NCBI GenBank assembly: GCA_963749915.1
Contig: CAVVOP010000022.1
Span: 256,001-320,000 of the forward strand
Length of the DNA: 64,000 bases
Source of the DNA: an uncultured cyanobacterium
Lineage (GTDB): Bacteria > Cyanobacteriota > Cyanobacteriia > Cyanobacteriales > Cyanobacteriaceae
Reading direction: 5' to 3'
The notes below the pieces were generated by a model that saw only the letters and a program-made list of their open reading frames with translations, was not told the origin of the DNA and made no database searches. Numbering within the stretch: the first letter of the stretch is position 1; each line of letters opens with the position of its first letter. Below are positions 33,181 through 44,417 of the stretch, piece after piece. A program made the position numbers and the translations under genes.

Positions 33181-33493
33181 GAAAGTAATTCGTTATAGGT
33201 TAAATAGATGGGGGCAATTTTATCGCCAGGAAAAGATAAGGATGCAAAGTTTTATTATAAGTTTACTGACTCTAATAACCGTTTTACTTTCTGTCGATAA
33301 CTTAAAAATTCACCCCCAATAATATTACTAAAAACTAAGAAGAATGTCATCCCAAGTGACAAAAGAGAGTTATATCCCCCAGAATTGGGGTTAGGGGGAA
33401 ATCCTCTCTATAATTAATTTTAGTAAAAAGCAAATCTTCTCTATAATTAATGGAAATTAAGGACAAAATTACACACTTCTTATTGATGAACAA

Positions 33494-34705
33494 ATGACTC
33501 AGAATAGCAATATTTCTCTCTCCATGATTGTCAAAAACGAGGCACATAATCTCCCTGATTGTCTCAATAGTGTCAAAAATTTGGTCCATGAGATGATAGT
33601 CATCGATACAGGCTCAACGGACAACACTAAAGAAATAGCTCATAGTTTAGGGGCAAAGGTTTATGATTGTTCATGGCAAGAAGATTTTGCTCAAGCCCGA
33701 AATTACGCCTTAAAATACGTTAATACAGAATGGGTTTTAGTGTTAGATGCCGACGAAGTTTTAAACCCGTCAATTATTCCTTACATCCAAGAAGTGGTCA
33801 CCGTAAAAGATAATCTCGTAGTCAATTTAATTCGTCACGAAATTGGGGCCCTTTCTTCTCCTTATTCTCAGTTATCCCGTTTATTTCGTAAGCATCCTGA
33901 CGTCAAATTTTCTCGTCCTTATCATGCTTTAATTGATGATGCGGTTTTATCTTTGCAAAAAACAGAAACTCATTGGCGAATTGTCGATTTACCTGAGATT
34001 GCCATTCAACATTATGGTTATCAACCGCAAATTATAGCTGAAGGGGGTAAAACTAAACGGGCAAAAAAAGCCATGGAGTCTTATTTAAGTCAAAATCCTA
34101 ATGATGCTTACGTGTGCAATAAATTGGGGGCTTTATACTTAGACTTGGGCGACACCAAAAAAGGTCTAAAACTGCTTAAGCGCGGCTTAAAATCGAATCT
34201 AGCCACTACTGCAACGTTATTTGAGCTACACTACCATCTTGCTAATGCTTTCGTTAAGGAAAAACAATGGGATATGGCGGTTAAACATTATCAAAAGGCG
34301 ATCGCACAACCCCTTTTAGCTATACTCAAGTTGGGAGCTTATCATAACCTGGGTAGTTTATGTTATCAGGGAAAAGATTATAACAATGCCATTAAGCTAT
34401 ATCAAGAATGCTTAAAAATTGAGCCAAATTTTGCCTTAGCTTATTATAATTTGGGCTTAACTTATCGAGCAATGGGGCGTAATTTTAAAGCCGTTGATGC
34501 CTATCAACACGCCATTAAACTTAATCCAAATTATCCCTGGTCATATCAAAATTTAGGGGTATTATTACTTAAACAAGGGGAATTGGAGGATAGTTTCAAA
34601 GCCTTCCAACAAGCCTATGATTTACATAAACAGCAAAATCCTAAAGTGGCACAGGAATTAAAACAAGAGTTGTTAAATATAGCCATAGAGTTAATTGATA
34701 GCTGA
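33494..34705 (+). CDS. GT2 glycosyltransferase with TPR repeats
   Basis: MIVKNE, DTGSTD, DFAQARN, LDADE; C-terminal AYYNLG TPRs. Confidence 0.9.
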   Translation: MTQNSNISLSMIVKNEAHNLPDCLNSVKNLVHEMIVIDTGSTDNTKEIAHSLGAKVYDCSWQEDFAQARNYALKYVNTEWVLVLDADEVLNPSIIPYIQEVVTVKDNLVVNLIRHEIGALSSPYSQLSRLFRKHPDVKFSRPYHALIDDAVLSLQKTETHWRIVDLPEIAIQHYGYQPQIIAEGGKTKRAKKAMESYLSQNPNDAYVCNKLGALYLDLGDTKKGLKLLKRGLKSNLATTATLFELHYHLANAFVKEKQWDMAVKHYQKAIAQPLLAILKLGAYHNLGSLCYQGKDYNNAIKLYQECLKIEPNFALAYYNLGLTYRAMGRNFKAVDAYQHAIKLNPNYPWSYQNLGVLLLKQGELEDSFKAFQQAYDLHKQQNPKVAQELKQELLNIAIELIDS

Positions 34706-34928
34706 TAGAAGTTGAAATAATCAATTTAGATATTGTTAATATCAGTTCAATGAATTAAATAACAGCAAAAGGCAAAGCAGGTAAGGCTTCTCGAAAGTTT
34801 TACCCTTATTCTTCATGGATACTTTATTAAAAAAAGTAACAATTTAGACAGATTTCTTGACAAAGTTGCAGTTTTAATATCCATATGTTGGCTTAATTAT
34901 CTAACAGACCAATTGAGGAGTGAAATTT

Positions 34929-35096
34929 ATGGAAACACCAGCAACACTTAGTCTTGAACAACAATTCAAATTAGAAGTATTAAAAGATCAAGTTAACAAA
35001 TTGAGTCATGAACAAGCACAAGAATATCTCATTGAGGTATTCCGTCAAATGATGGTAAAAGATAACATCATGAAACAATTACTCAAAAATGCTTAA
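34929..35096 (+). CDS. nblA: Phycobilisome degradation protein NblA (55 aa, not in ORF track)
   Basis: METPATLSLEQQFKLEVLKDQVNKLSHEQAQEYLIEVFRQMMVKDNIMKQLLKNA; LSLEQQF and QMM.KDN motifs; RBS GAGGAG at 34915. Confidence 0.92.
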   Translation: METPATLSLEQQFKLEVLKDQVNKLSHEQAQEYLIEVFRQMMVKDNIMKQLLKNA

Positions 35097-35611
35097 TTTG
35101 TTTTAATTAAAAACGTATATTTAGCTATTTCGTTAAATTAACTTATCCTAGATCCGAATCCCCAAAAGTTCTCAATTTGGTTCCTACTAAGGTAATCAAA
35201 CGAGAACTACTATGAAAAAGAATTTTTGAGATTTTTTTTGCTTAATTCTTCATAGTACAAATTAACACATTGAAAGGGCTGACCCTAAAAGTTAGTAACA
35301 GGAAAAATCTGGTCCTCTTAGTAATGCTACTTACTCATACAAAACAATTTCTCAAAAACGAATTAGAAGATCTGCCTCATCTCTTCCGGCAAATATTTAA
35401 ATCATTATCAATTTGATTTAGAAGAAAAATAGAGTAAGAATACTTACATAGAGATTTGATTTTAGTTTATATTTTAAAATTTTATTGAATCTAGTTAGAG
35501 TGGTTTTATCCACAAGTTTTCGGTAAAGTTCTGTAATAAATTTAATCAAAATAACGCGGAAACTATTATAATAAAAATGATTTGTTTAATTAACTGATTT
35601 TATTATTAATT

Positions 35612-36517
35612 ATGACCGCTAATTCTAATCCCTCTGAACAGCAAAACACGACCTTTTCAGCTGATGATTTTGCTCAAGCCTTAGAACGGGAACAGTATGA
35701 CTATCATTTTAACAAGGGAGACATAGTAAAAGGGAAAGTGTTTCAGCATGATTCTGGCGGCGTTTATGTTGATATTGGCGGAAAATCTCCCGGTTTTGTG
35801 CCTTTGAGTGAGGCTTCTTGGCAACAGATGACTAATATAGCTGATCTTCTACCTCTCCATGAAGAATTTGAATTTCTCATCATTAAAGAACAAGATTCGG
35901 AGGGGCAGGTGAAATTGTCTCGTCGTCAGCTTTTCATTGAACAAGCATGGGACAATCTAGCTGAAATCCAGGAAAAAGGAAAAGTAATTCAAATGTTGGT
36001 GACTGGCGTCAATCGTGGCGGTGTCATTGGACAAGTTGACGGTTTAAGAGCATTTATTCCTCGATCTCATTTAATCGAAAAAGATGATTTTGAAAAATTG
36101 ATTGATCAATCCCTATCGGCGAATGTGTTACAAATTGATCGCTCCCAAAATAAGATTGTACTCACTCAAAGAGATTTAGCTCGATCAGCCGCTATGTCTC
36201 ATTTACAAGAAGGAGAAGTGGTACCAGGAAAAATAGTCAAAATTCAACCCTATGGAGTCTTCGTGGATTTTGGCGGTATTGCGGGGTTATTACATATAAA
36301 ACAAATTAGTGGAGGACAAGTTAGTTCCCTAAGTAATGTCTTTAAGATTGGAGAAGAAGTCAAAGTTGTCGTATTAGAGATTGACGAGATCAAAAATCGA
36401 ATTTCTTTGTCCACTAAAGTGTTAGAAACCTATCCAGGAGAATTTTTGGAGAAAAAAGAGTTAGTCATGGAAACTGCCGAACAACGGTTAGCTGACAAAA
36501 AAGCAAAAAGCATTTAA
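35612..36517 (+). CDS. Ribosomal protein S1 homologue (three S1 domains, Rps1b-like)
   Basis: VDIGGKS.GFVP, NRGGV...GLRAFIPRSH, PYGVFVD...GLLHI. Confidence 0.85.
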   Translation: MTANSNPSEQQNTTFSADDFAQALEREQYDYHFNKGDIVKGKVFQHDSGGVYVDIGGKSPGFVPLSEASWQQMTNIADLLPLHEEFEFLIIKEQDSEGQVKLSRRQLFIEQAWDNLAEIQEKGKVIQMLVTGVNRGGVIGQVDGLRAFIPRSHLIEKDDFEKLIDQSLSANVLQIDRSQNKIVLTQRDLARSAAMSHLQEGEVVPGKIVKIQPYGVFVDFGGIAGLLHIKQISGGQVSSLSNVFKIGEEVKVVVLEIDEIKNRISLSTKVLETYPGEFLEKKELVMETAEQRLADKKAKSI

Positions 36518-36849
36518 TAGACATGTCCAACAATTATGCTAGAAGCCTTATGGCGTTGTTCAAAAGTAAAGGTTTTTGGAAAAGTCTATTTAGTCATTAG
36601 TCAAGAAATTGTTATTTTATGTGAACTTTGTATTAATCATGTTATTAGTTTTGCTTCAGTCTTGTTCACTCAAAGCATAAGAAATTTATATCATTTATTT
36701 AAAAATAAAGTGACATTTGTTGATAGATTGAGCTAGAATTTACACTTATAAAATAATTGTTATTTAATGTTTAACATTGTGAATTATCGTTAATTCGATA
36801 GTTTGCCTTTAAAATTTTAGCGTGTGACGAGTAAAAGGGAATTTTATCC

Positions 36850-38142
36850 ATGAATCTGAAGTCGACATCAACAAAAGCACCTCAAGTCGTTTTGGCTATA
36901 ACTTTGGGGTTAATTGTTTCTCCTGAATCTGCCAAAGCCGCCTCCAGTTTAACCACCGAAAGTTTGGAGCTTTCCGAGCCTACTTTATTGGTTAATAATG
37001 CTAAACAAGTATCAATGCTAGTAGAAGCATCAAATACCATTAGTTCTGAATTGAGTAATGATATTTCAGCCACTGCCATCGATAATGTTCGAAAAAACAC
37101 TTATGCTATCGCAAAGGGCCGTCGATTTACGCCAGTAGGAGAATTAACGAAGGAAAAAGTAGAACTTAATTTTGTTAATACTGCTAATTTACCCCCTCAA
37201 AATTCTGGTAGTGCCTCGGATCTTCCTTCCCTGATAGCATCTAATGATAATCCAACTCCTACAGTAGTTCCAGCTAATGCCTTACCTATACCGGTAGAAG
37301 TGCAGTTTCAAGAAGTAAATACGGACACTGAATCTCAATTCATTTCCATCCCCATTAAAGTTGAAAATAACACTAATCCTCCTAATACTCGCCATACTTC
37401 TAATATCGGAGATACTGCTAGTGTTATAAATATACCTGTTGCCTCTCCGGCTAATGAGCCATTTGTGGTGCAACAAACTCAAACAGATTCACCGGGGATC
37501 CGAATAAATGTAGAGCAACCAACATTGATTAGTAATACTAATCGATCAATTAATCAAAATTTCGATCAAAGAAATAGTCGAATCATTAATCCTTCTGTGG
37601 ATAAAGAGGAAGAAAGTTATTCTCCAAACTTAGTCAGTTCTGTGCCCATTCAGGTAGAGTCTTATAATCCTTTGATTACTCCTTCAGCAGGAGAAATGGT
37701 TTCTCCTGACCTACCCCAAATTAATTCCCCTGAACCTTATTTACCAGAAGGAAATCGCCCTTTTAACGGTTATATTTGGCCTGCCAAGGGAGTTTTTACC
37801 TCTGGTTATGGTTGGCGTTGGGGTAGAATGCACCGAGGAATAGATATTGCCGCTCCGGTTGGCACCCCTATTGTAGCGGCGGCGGGTGGTGAGGTTATTT
37901 CTGCGGGTTGGAATTCTGGTGGTTTTGGTAACTTAGTTAAAATCAGACACTCTGACGGGACAGTAACTTTTTATGCCCATAACAGCAAAATCCATGTTCG
38001 TCAAGGAGAATATGTTAAACAAGGACAGCACATCGCCAATATGGGTAGTACTGGTTTTAGTACTGGTCCTCACTTACATTTTGAAATTCATCCTCAGGGG
38101 GAAAAGGCTGTTAACCCCATAGCTTTGTTACCCAGAAAATAG
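36850..38142 (+). CDS. M23 family peptidoglycan endopeptidase
   Basis: WGRMHRGID, YAH, STGPHLHFE; signal-like N-terminus and low-complexity linker. Confidence 0.9.
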   Translation: MNLKSTSTKAPQVVLAITLGLIVSPESAKAASSLTTESLELSEPTLLVNNAKQVSMLVEASNTISSELSNDISATAIDNVRKNTYAIAKGRRFTPVGELTKEKVELNFVNTANLPPQNSGSASDLPSLIASNDNPTPTVVPANALPIPVEVQFQEVNTDTESQFISIPIKVENNTNPPNTRHTSNIGDTASVINIPVASPANEPFVVQQTQTDSPGIRINVEQPTLISNTNRSINQNFDQRNSRIINPSVDKEEESYSPNLVSSVPIQVESYNPLITPSAGEMVSPDLPQINSPEPYLPEGNRPFNGYIWPAKGVFTSGYGWRWGRMHRGIDIAAPVGTPIVAAAGGEVISAGWNSGGFGNLVKIRHSDGTVTFYAHNSKIHVRQGEYVKQGQHIANMGSTGFSTGPHLHFEIHPQGEKAVNPIALLPRK

Positions 38143-38280
38143 AAATAAAATGCAAAATCGTCTTTGCATACTCAGCAGATAAGTTATAAGCGATAAGTAA
38201 TTGATTCTGTTGGCGAACTAAACAAATTCCCCTGACTTCCAAGATTTTCGGCTTTAATGTTAAGTTGACCAACAGTATCG

Positions 38281-39153
38281 TTAACTGTTAATTGTTTCTA
38301 ACCATTTTTGTAAAAGAGGGTTAACAATTTCTGGGGCTTCGTCTTGAGGACAATGCCCTAAACCTTCTAACTCGATAAAATCTTTTACCATAGGATAATT
38401 AGCTAATTCTTTGCCTAATTCAACAGACTCCCATGGATCCCCTGTGCCCCAAAAAAAGGTTATCGGACAGGGTAAAATAGGCAGTAAATCTTCAGGTAAA
38501 GCACCTTGAGAATAACCCGTAAAGGCCAAAAAAACTTCTGCGGCACCTTTATCTTGTGATGGTTGATAAATTAAGTCGATTAACTCATCGGTTATGGCTT
38601 CTTTTTTTTGGTAGGCTTGAGAAAGCAGATTTTTGATTACTTTTGGCTTGGCAATTTGCCGGTAAAAAAAGTTCCCGATACGAGGATTCGTCAATACTTT
38701 TTGCATGAGTGTCGCCCCAAGATTTCGATACCATCCTAGTGTTTCCCGTTTGCGATCGTGTAATAATCTTAAAGAACAATTAAGTGCTGCTATTCCTAAA
38801 ACCAATTCATGATTATCAACGGCGGTTTGCATTGCCACCACACAACCGATGGAGTTACCAATCAAATAAACTGGAGTTTTTACTACTTCTCTACAAAAAT
38901 CTGCCACTTGTCGGCTCCAGGTTTCAAAGGTATAATCAAAAGGTTGTCCCGGCGGGGGTTTAGCGGATGCACCAAAACCGAGTAAATCAATGGCATAACA
39001 ACGGAAATGTTGCCCTAAAAACGGTAAATTATGCCGCCAATGACCACTATTCGCCCCAAACCCATGTATGAAAACGATTGCCTTTCCTCTGTCGCCGTAG
39101 CTTTGATAACCGATACTAAAGCCTTGCCATTGCCACATTTTATAGTTACTCAT
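38281..39153 (-). CDS. Alpha/beta hydrolase
   Basis: HGFGA, DLLGFG, GNSIG, GHCPQDE. Confidence 0.9.
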   Translation of the reverse strand: MSNYKMWQWQGFSIGYQSYGDRGKAIVFIHGFGANSGHWRHNLPFLGQHFRCYAIDLLGFGASAKPPPGQPFDYTFETWSRQVADFCREVVKTPVYLIGNSIGCVVAMQTAVDNHELVLGIAALNCSLRLLHDRKRETLGWYRNLGATLMQKVLTNPRIGNFFYRQIAKPKVIKNLLSQAYQKKEAITDELIDLIYQPSQDKGAAEVFLAFTGYSQGALPEDLLPILPCPITFFWGTGDPWESVELGKELANYPMVKDFIELEGLGHCPQDEAPEIVNPLLQKWLETINS

Positions 39154-39228
39154 CCTTCCTGAAATTTAGGACCAAAATTACTATGGGTTTTGATAGTTTA
39201 TTTTTAATGATATCTATTAGCTTATAAT

Positions 39229-41148
39229 TTATGCTTTAATTTGATTTTTACTTAGTAAACTATTTTGCATTTCTAAATAGATTAATAAAGCATTGACATC
39301 CGCAGGATTCACTCCCCCAATTCTAGCGGCCTGTCCGATGGTTAAAGGTCTTACTTTTGTCAGTTTTTCCCTCGCTTCCATGGATAAAGTTTCTATTTTC
39401 ATATAATCTAATTTTTCGTCTAATTTACGGTTACTATGACGGGCAATTTGCTCAATTTGATTTTGTTGTCTTTTAATATAACCAGAATATTTGATTTCGA
39501 TTTCTGCACCCTCTTTTTCTATTTTATTTAACCTAGGATTATGTAAGTTATATTTTTCTAAATCTTGATAATGAAAACCTGGGCGACGCAATAAATCCGC
39601 TAAAGTAATTGAGCCTTTGATTTTTTGCTCTGTGTCTTCAACAATTTTTATGGCTACTTCTTCTCTTTCTTTAATTCTCGTCTCATATAATCTTTCTTGT
39701 TCAGCAATAATGTTTTCTTGTTTACTTATATATAGGTTCCAACGGCGATCGCATATTAAACCAATTTCTCGTCCTAAAGGGGTCAAACGTTGATCAGCAT
39801 TATCCGAGCGTAAAATCAAACGATATTCTGAGCGTGAGGTTAACATTCGATAAGGCTCACGGAGGTCTTTAGTACATAAGTCATCAATTAAAGTACCGAG
39901 ATAACTTTGCTCACGGGAAAAAACAATCATCTCCTGATTTTGGGCAAAACGGGCGGCATTAATACCAGCAACGATACCTTGGGCGGCGGCTTCCTCATAA
40001 CCTGTTGTACCATTAATTTGTCCAGCGGAGAATAACCCCTCAATTTTTTTCGTCATCAAAGTGGGATAACATTGAGTGGCAGGTAAAAAGTCGTACTCCA
40101 CCGCATAGGCAGGGCGTAACATGAGGCAATTTTCTAAGCCCGGAAGGGTCTGTAACATAGCTAACTGAATATTTTCGGGCAACCCCGTCGAAAAGCCTTG
40201 TATATATAACTCTGGGATGTCTCTGCCTTCAGGTTCAATAAAAATTTGATGACTTTGTTTATCAGCAAAACGCACGATTTTGTCTTCAATACTAGGGCAA
40301 TATCGAGGTCCTTTGGAGTCGATAAAACCGCCGTAAATAGGGGATAAATGCAAGTTATCCTTAATTAATGTATGGGTTGCTTGGGTGGTGCGAGTGAGAT
40401 AGCAGTTCATTTGTTCACGTTCAATCCACAGTTGGGGATCAAAACTAAACCAGCGTATTTCGTCATCAGGGGGTTGTACTTCCATTTTTGTGTAATCTAC
40501 CGTGCGTTTATCAACCCTTGCCGGAGTACCAGTTTTCAGTCTGCCGGTTTCAAAGCCTAAATCGTTGAGGGTTTGTGTTAAGCCAATAGCGGCAAATTCT
40601 CCCGCCCTTCCGGCAGCCATGGATTTTTCCCCAATCCAGATTTTTCCATTTAAAAATGTGCCTGTAGTTAAAACCACTGCTTTAGTTTTAAAACAAGTGC
40701 CGAAATAAGTTTGAATACCGATAACTTCATCATTTTTGCCTAAGACTAAATCTGTCACCATACCTTCCCTAATAGATAAGTTAGGCTCATTTTCAACAAT
40801 ATTTTTCATCACAGCGGCATATTCTCGTTTATCGGTTTGAGCCCGTAATGCCCACACCGCAGGCCCCCTGGAATTATTTAATACTCTTTTTTGTAGGTAA
40901 GTGCGATCGGCCATCTTGCCAATTTCGCCTCCCAACGCGTCAACTTCGTGGGTAAGTTGAGATTTTGCTGGACCTCCCACCGCCGGATTACAAGGTTGCC
41001 ACGCAATTTTATCTAAGTTAAGAGTCAACATCATGGTACGACAACCCAACCTAGCACTAGCTAAAGCGGCTTCGCAACCAGAATGACCTCCGCCAATTAT
41101 AATTACGTCAAACTCATCTTGAAATTCTACGGGGGTTTTAATGGTCAT
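39229..41148 (-). CDS. mnmG: tRNA U34 modification enzyme MnmG/GidA
   Basis: [47 protein letters not shown]. Confidence 0.97.
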   Translation of the reverse strand: MTIKTPVEFQDEFDVIIIGGGHSGCEAALASARLGCRTMMLTLNLDKIAWQPCNPAVGGPAKSQLTHEVDALGGEIGKMADRTYLQKRVLNNSRGPAVWALRAQTDKREYAAVMKNIVENEPNLSIREGMVTDLVLGKNDEVIGIQTYFGTCFKTKAVVLTTGTFLNGKIWIGEKSMAAGRAGEFAAIGLTQTLNDLGFETGRLKTGTPARVDKRTVDYTKMEVQPPDDEIRWFSFDPQLWIEREQMNCYLTRTTQATHTLIKDNLHLSPIYGGFIDSKGPRYCPSIEDKIVRFADKQSHQIFIEPEGRDIPELYIQGFSTGLPENIQLAMLQTLPGLENCLMLRPAYAVEYDFLPATQCYPTLMTKKIEGLFSAGQINGTTGYEEAAAQGIVAGINAARFAQNQEMIVFSREQSYLGTLIDDLCTKDLREPYRMLTSRSEYRLILRSDNADQRLTPLGREIGLICDRRWNLYISKQENIIAEQERLYETRIKEREEVAIKIVEDTEQKIKGSITLADLLRRPGFHYQDLEKYNLHNPRLNKIEKEGAEIEIKYSGYIKRQQNQIEQIARHSNRKLDEKLDYMKIETLSMEAREKLTKVRPLTIGQAARIGGVNPADVNALLIYLEMQNSLLSKNQIKA

Positions 41149-41389
41149 ACTTTATTCTACATAACGCTGAAATTAAAGATTATACTTTCCATGATAACTT
41201 GAATGGGAAAACAGAAGTTTATTAACCCAATTTTAGATAACTGACGTTAGGCAAAAGTAAATATTAGCCATACTTCTGGAGTCAAGCGCAAAAAATGATA
41301 CCATAGATGCTTGTGCCTAATAAATAATTGCATATCAAACTATAAGCTAACAAAATATAATTAAAGGGTTGAGTAAGCACGGAAATAGC

Positions 41390-43279
41390 ATGAATCATCA
41401 ACAAGAGAGACAGTTCGACTACGTTAAAATTGGCATCGCATCTCCGGAAAGAATTCGGGAATGGGGACAAAGAACATTACCTAATGGCATTGTGGTAGGG
41501 GAAGTCACAACTCCAGAAACTATCAACTATCGTACCCTCAAGCCAGAAATGGATGGGTTATTTTGTGAGAAAATTTTTGGTCCTTCTAAAGATTGGGAAT
41601 GTTGGTGTGGGAAATATAAAAGAGTACGCCACAGAGGGATTGTCTGTGAGCGCTGCGGTGTCGAAGTAACTGAGTCACGGGTTCGCCGTCATCGCATGGG
41701 TTATATTAAATTGGCCGCTCCTGTAACTCATGTTTGGTACTTAAAAGGTATCCCTAGCTATTTAAGTATTTTGTTAGATATGCCTTTGCGGGATGTAGAA
41801 CAAGTAGTGTACTTCAACTCTCATGTAGTGCTAGATCCGGGTAATGCAACCAATTTGAGTTATCGTCAATTACTGTCCGAGGATCAGTGGATGGAAATTG
41901 AAGAACAAATTTATGCGGAAGATTCTGACTTAGAAGGCATCGAAGTAGGCATTGGTGCGGAAGCTGTTGAGCGTCTTTTACAGGAAATCAACCTTGAAGA
42001 GGAGGCAGAAAAATTAAGGGAAGAAATTGTCAATAGTAAAGGACAAAAAAGAGCGAAATTAATCAAAAGATTACGTTTGATTGATAATTTTATCGCCACA
42101 GGATCTAAGCCTGAATGGATGGTTTTAAGCGTGATTCCTGTCATTCCTCCCGATTTGCGTCCAATGGTACAGTTAGATGGTGGCCGTTTTGCAACTTCGG
42201 ATCTTAATGATCTTTACCGTCGCGTAATTAACCGTAATAATCGCTTATCTCGTTTACAAGAAATTCTTGCCCCGGAAATTATTATCCGCAACGAAAAGCG
42301 CATGTTACAGGAAGCCGTTGACGCTTTAATTGATAATGGCAGACGAGGACGCACGGTTGTTGGTGGTAATAATCGCCCCTTGAAATCTTTGTCAGATATT
42401 ATTGAAGGTAAGCAAGGGCGTTTCCGCCAAAATCTACTAGGTAAACGGGTTGACTATTCGGGACGATCAGTAATTGTAGTTGGTCCTAACCTACAAATAT
42501 ACCAATGCGGATTGCCCAGAGAAATGGCGATCGAACTTTTCCAACCCTTTGTGATTAACCGCTTAATCCGTTTAGGTATCGTCAATAACATTAAGGCGGC
42601 AAAAAAAATAATTCAAAAAACGGATCCCAGTATTTGGAAGGTTTTAGAAGAAGTAATCGCTGGCCACCCCGTGTTGTTAAACCGTGCACCTACCCTACAC
42701 CGTCTTGGCATTCAAGCTTTTGAGCCTGTATTAGTGGAAGGAAGAGCGATTCAATTACATCCTTTAGTCTGTCCCCCCTTTAACGCCGACTTTGATGGAG
42801 ACCAAATGGCGGTACACGTCCCTCTATCCATTGAAGCACAGTCGGAAGCACGGTTATTGATGATGGCTTGTCATAACATCCTGTCTCCGGCGACAGGTAA
42901 ACCGATTATTGCACCTTCTCAAGACATGGTTTTAGGTTGTTATTACCTCACCGCTGAAAATCCTGCCGCTACTAAAGGTGCTGGTACTTATTATGCCAAC
43001 CTTGACGATGCTTTACGTGCCTATGAACAAGGATTGGTTGATTTACACGCTTATATCTGGGTTCGTTTTGAAGGCGAAGTACAAACGGGTAAAGGTGATC
43101 ATGTGCTGGAAAAAGAGGAAACTTTAGCTGATGGTAGTGTTTGGAAATATTATCAAGGGCGTAAAGTGCGTGAAAATGCTGAGGGTGAACAAATTGCTCA
43201 ATATGTACACACCACTCCCGGACGTATTATTTACAATAAAACCATCATTGATGCCTTAGATTTCGATTTAGTACATTGA
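41390..43279 (+). CDS. rpoC1: RNA polymerase gamma subunit
   Basis: Zn finger CWCGKYK...CERC, NADFDGD; about 630 aa, the split beta-prime N-half; ATG at 41390. Confidence 0.97.
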   Translation: MNHQQERQFDYVKIGIASPERIREWGQRTLPNGIVVGEVTTPETINYRTLKPEMDGLFCEKIFGPSKDWECWCGKYKRVRHRGIVCERCGVEVTESRVRRHRMGYIKLAAPVTHVWYLKGIPSYLSILLDMPLRDVEQVVYFNSHVVLDPGNATNLSYRQLLSEDQWMEIEEQIYAEDSDLEGIEVGIGAEAVERLLQEINLEEEAEKLREEIVNSKGQKRAKLIKRLRLIDNFIATGSKPEWMVLSVIPVIPPDLRPMVQLDGGRFATSDLNDLYRRVINRNNRLSRLQEILAPEIIIRNEKRMLQEAVDALIDNGRRGRTVVGGNNRPLKSLSDIIEGKQGRFRQNLLGKRVDYSGRSVIVVGPNLQIYQCGLPREMAIELFQPFVINRLIRLGIVNNIKAAKKIIQKTDPSIWKVLEEVIAGHPVLLNRAPTLHRLGIQAFEPVLVEGRAIQLHPLVCPPFNADFDGDQMAVHVPLSIEAQSEARLLMMACHNILSPATGKPIIAPSQDMVLGCYYLTAENPAATKGAGTYYANLDDALRAYEQGLVDLHAYIWVRFEGEVQTGKGDHVLEKEETLADGSVWKYYQGRKVRENAEGEQIAQYVHTTPGRIIYNKTIIDALDFDLVH

Positions 43280-43448
43280 TTTGTAAATCCCCTAACTTCA
43301 TATTTTGCGGCAATAATAGAGGAGGACAAGAAAAGGGAAAGAGGGGCAATACTGAGAGGGATAGCGGTCAAACTTTATGATATGAGAAGTGTGCAGAGTG
43401 TGGTTGGTGTGGGAAGTATTCGATTTTTCTTCCCCCTCTTCCCCCCTC

Positions 43449-43677
43449 ACAAGTGTAGGCTTTTTACAAAAGCATTCTGATGAGGGTGAAGACTTGCGGG
43501 GACAAGGGTGGAAAGTGGACAAGGAAGAGGGGAATTATTCAAGAAATACTTGGTTACAAGTAATACAGAAATTGCTGAAAAGACCATTTTTCGTTTGTAT
43601 TATCTTCCTTGTCTACTGTCCTTCGTTCCTTCCTTGTCTTGTCTCCACCCAAATGTTAAAAACCTACCCTTGTCAGA
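43449..43677. repeat. Dispersed fold-back intergenic repeat, copy 2
   Basis: Imperfect terminal inverted repeats ACAAGTGTAGGCTTTTTA / TAAAAACCTACCCTTGT; inner GGACAAGG / CCTTGTC arms; similar to 402-598. Confidence 0.7.
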
Positions 43678-43756
43678 TGGGGGGGAGACGAAGAGACTAA
43701 AAAACTCGAATACCTGAAGATTACACAAAATTCTTCATTTCTAATTCCTAATTTTT

Positions 43757-44410
43757 ATGTTGATTCCACTGAAACAAGAAGCTATTAACGACTTAATTCC
43801 TCTGATGGCAACGGGAAGTCAATATGCCTACTATTGGGCGAATTTTTCGACTTTATTAAAGAATTTATTTATCTCCCTTGTAGGGGTATTATTTTTCTGG
43901 TTATTAGGATCTTTTTTTGGTAGGGCGGGGGATAATGTATCGTTAATATTTCGGGTAATTGCCGGTTTATATTGGCTTTGGAGTCCTGTATATTGGGCTA
44001 GTATTCGCAATGGCAAATTTCGTCGTTACCGTTACATTAGTTTTTGGCGTGGAAAGGTTTTAGATGTTTACTTGACGGAAGAATTAATTAAAGAAGAATC
44101 GGCCATCGATAAATTAGGTCGAGCTATTATTGTGGAAAATCGCCGTAAATTATTTAATATTGAGATAGGGGATAAAACTGGATTTCGTGCCACTATTACC
44201 ACTCCCCGCCAAAGAATTCATAAAGTGGTCAATCGGGGTCAGGGGGTGGAAGGCTTATTATTATCGAATGATCCTGATTTTATGAGTATCGGTCAAATTA
44301 CTGATGTTTATATTCCCCGTCATAAACTTTGGTTAGGAGATTATCCTTATATTCGCCGAGATATTTTCTTAGATTTGCGATTACAATTAATGAAAATTTA
44401 TGGACGTTAA
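43757..44410 (+). CDS. Conserved hypothetical cyanobacterial membrane protein
   Basis: MLIPL...IP..ATG.QY..YW, two TM helices, LYWLW.PV..AS.RN. Confidence 0.7.
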   Translation: MLIPLKQEAINDLIPLMATGSQYAYYWANFSTLLKNLFISLVGVLFFWLLGSFFGRAGDNVSLIFRVIAGLYWLWSPVYWASIRNGKFRRYRYISFWRGKVLDVYLTEELIKEESAIDKLGRAIIVENRRKLFNIEIGDKTGFRATITTPRQRIHKVVNRGQGVEGLLLSNDPDFMSIGQITDVYIPRHKLWLGDYPYIRRDIFLDLRLQLMKIYGR

Positions 44411-44417
44411 TATTTTT

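Noticed and set aside
36536..36736. 66-aa ORF between the S1 and M23 genes
   Set aside because: AT-rich, no RBS or recognisable motif; probably promoter DNA.
43298..43717. Three overlapping short ORFs after rpoC1
   Set aside because: They derive from the low-complexity fold-back repeat and show no protein motifs.
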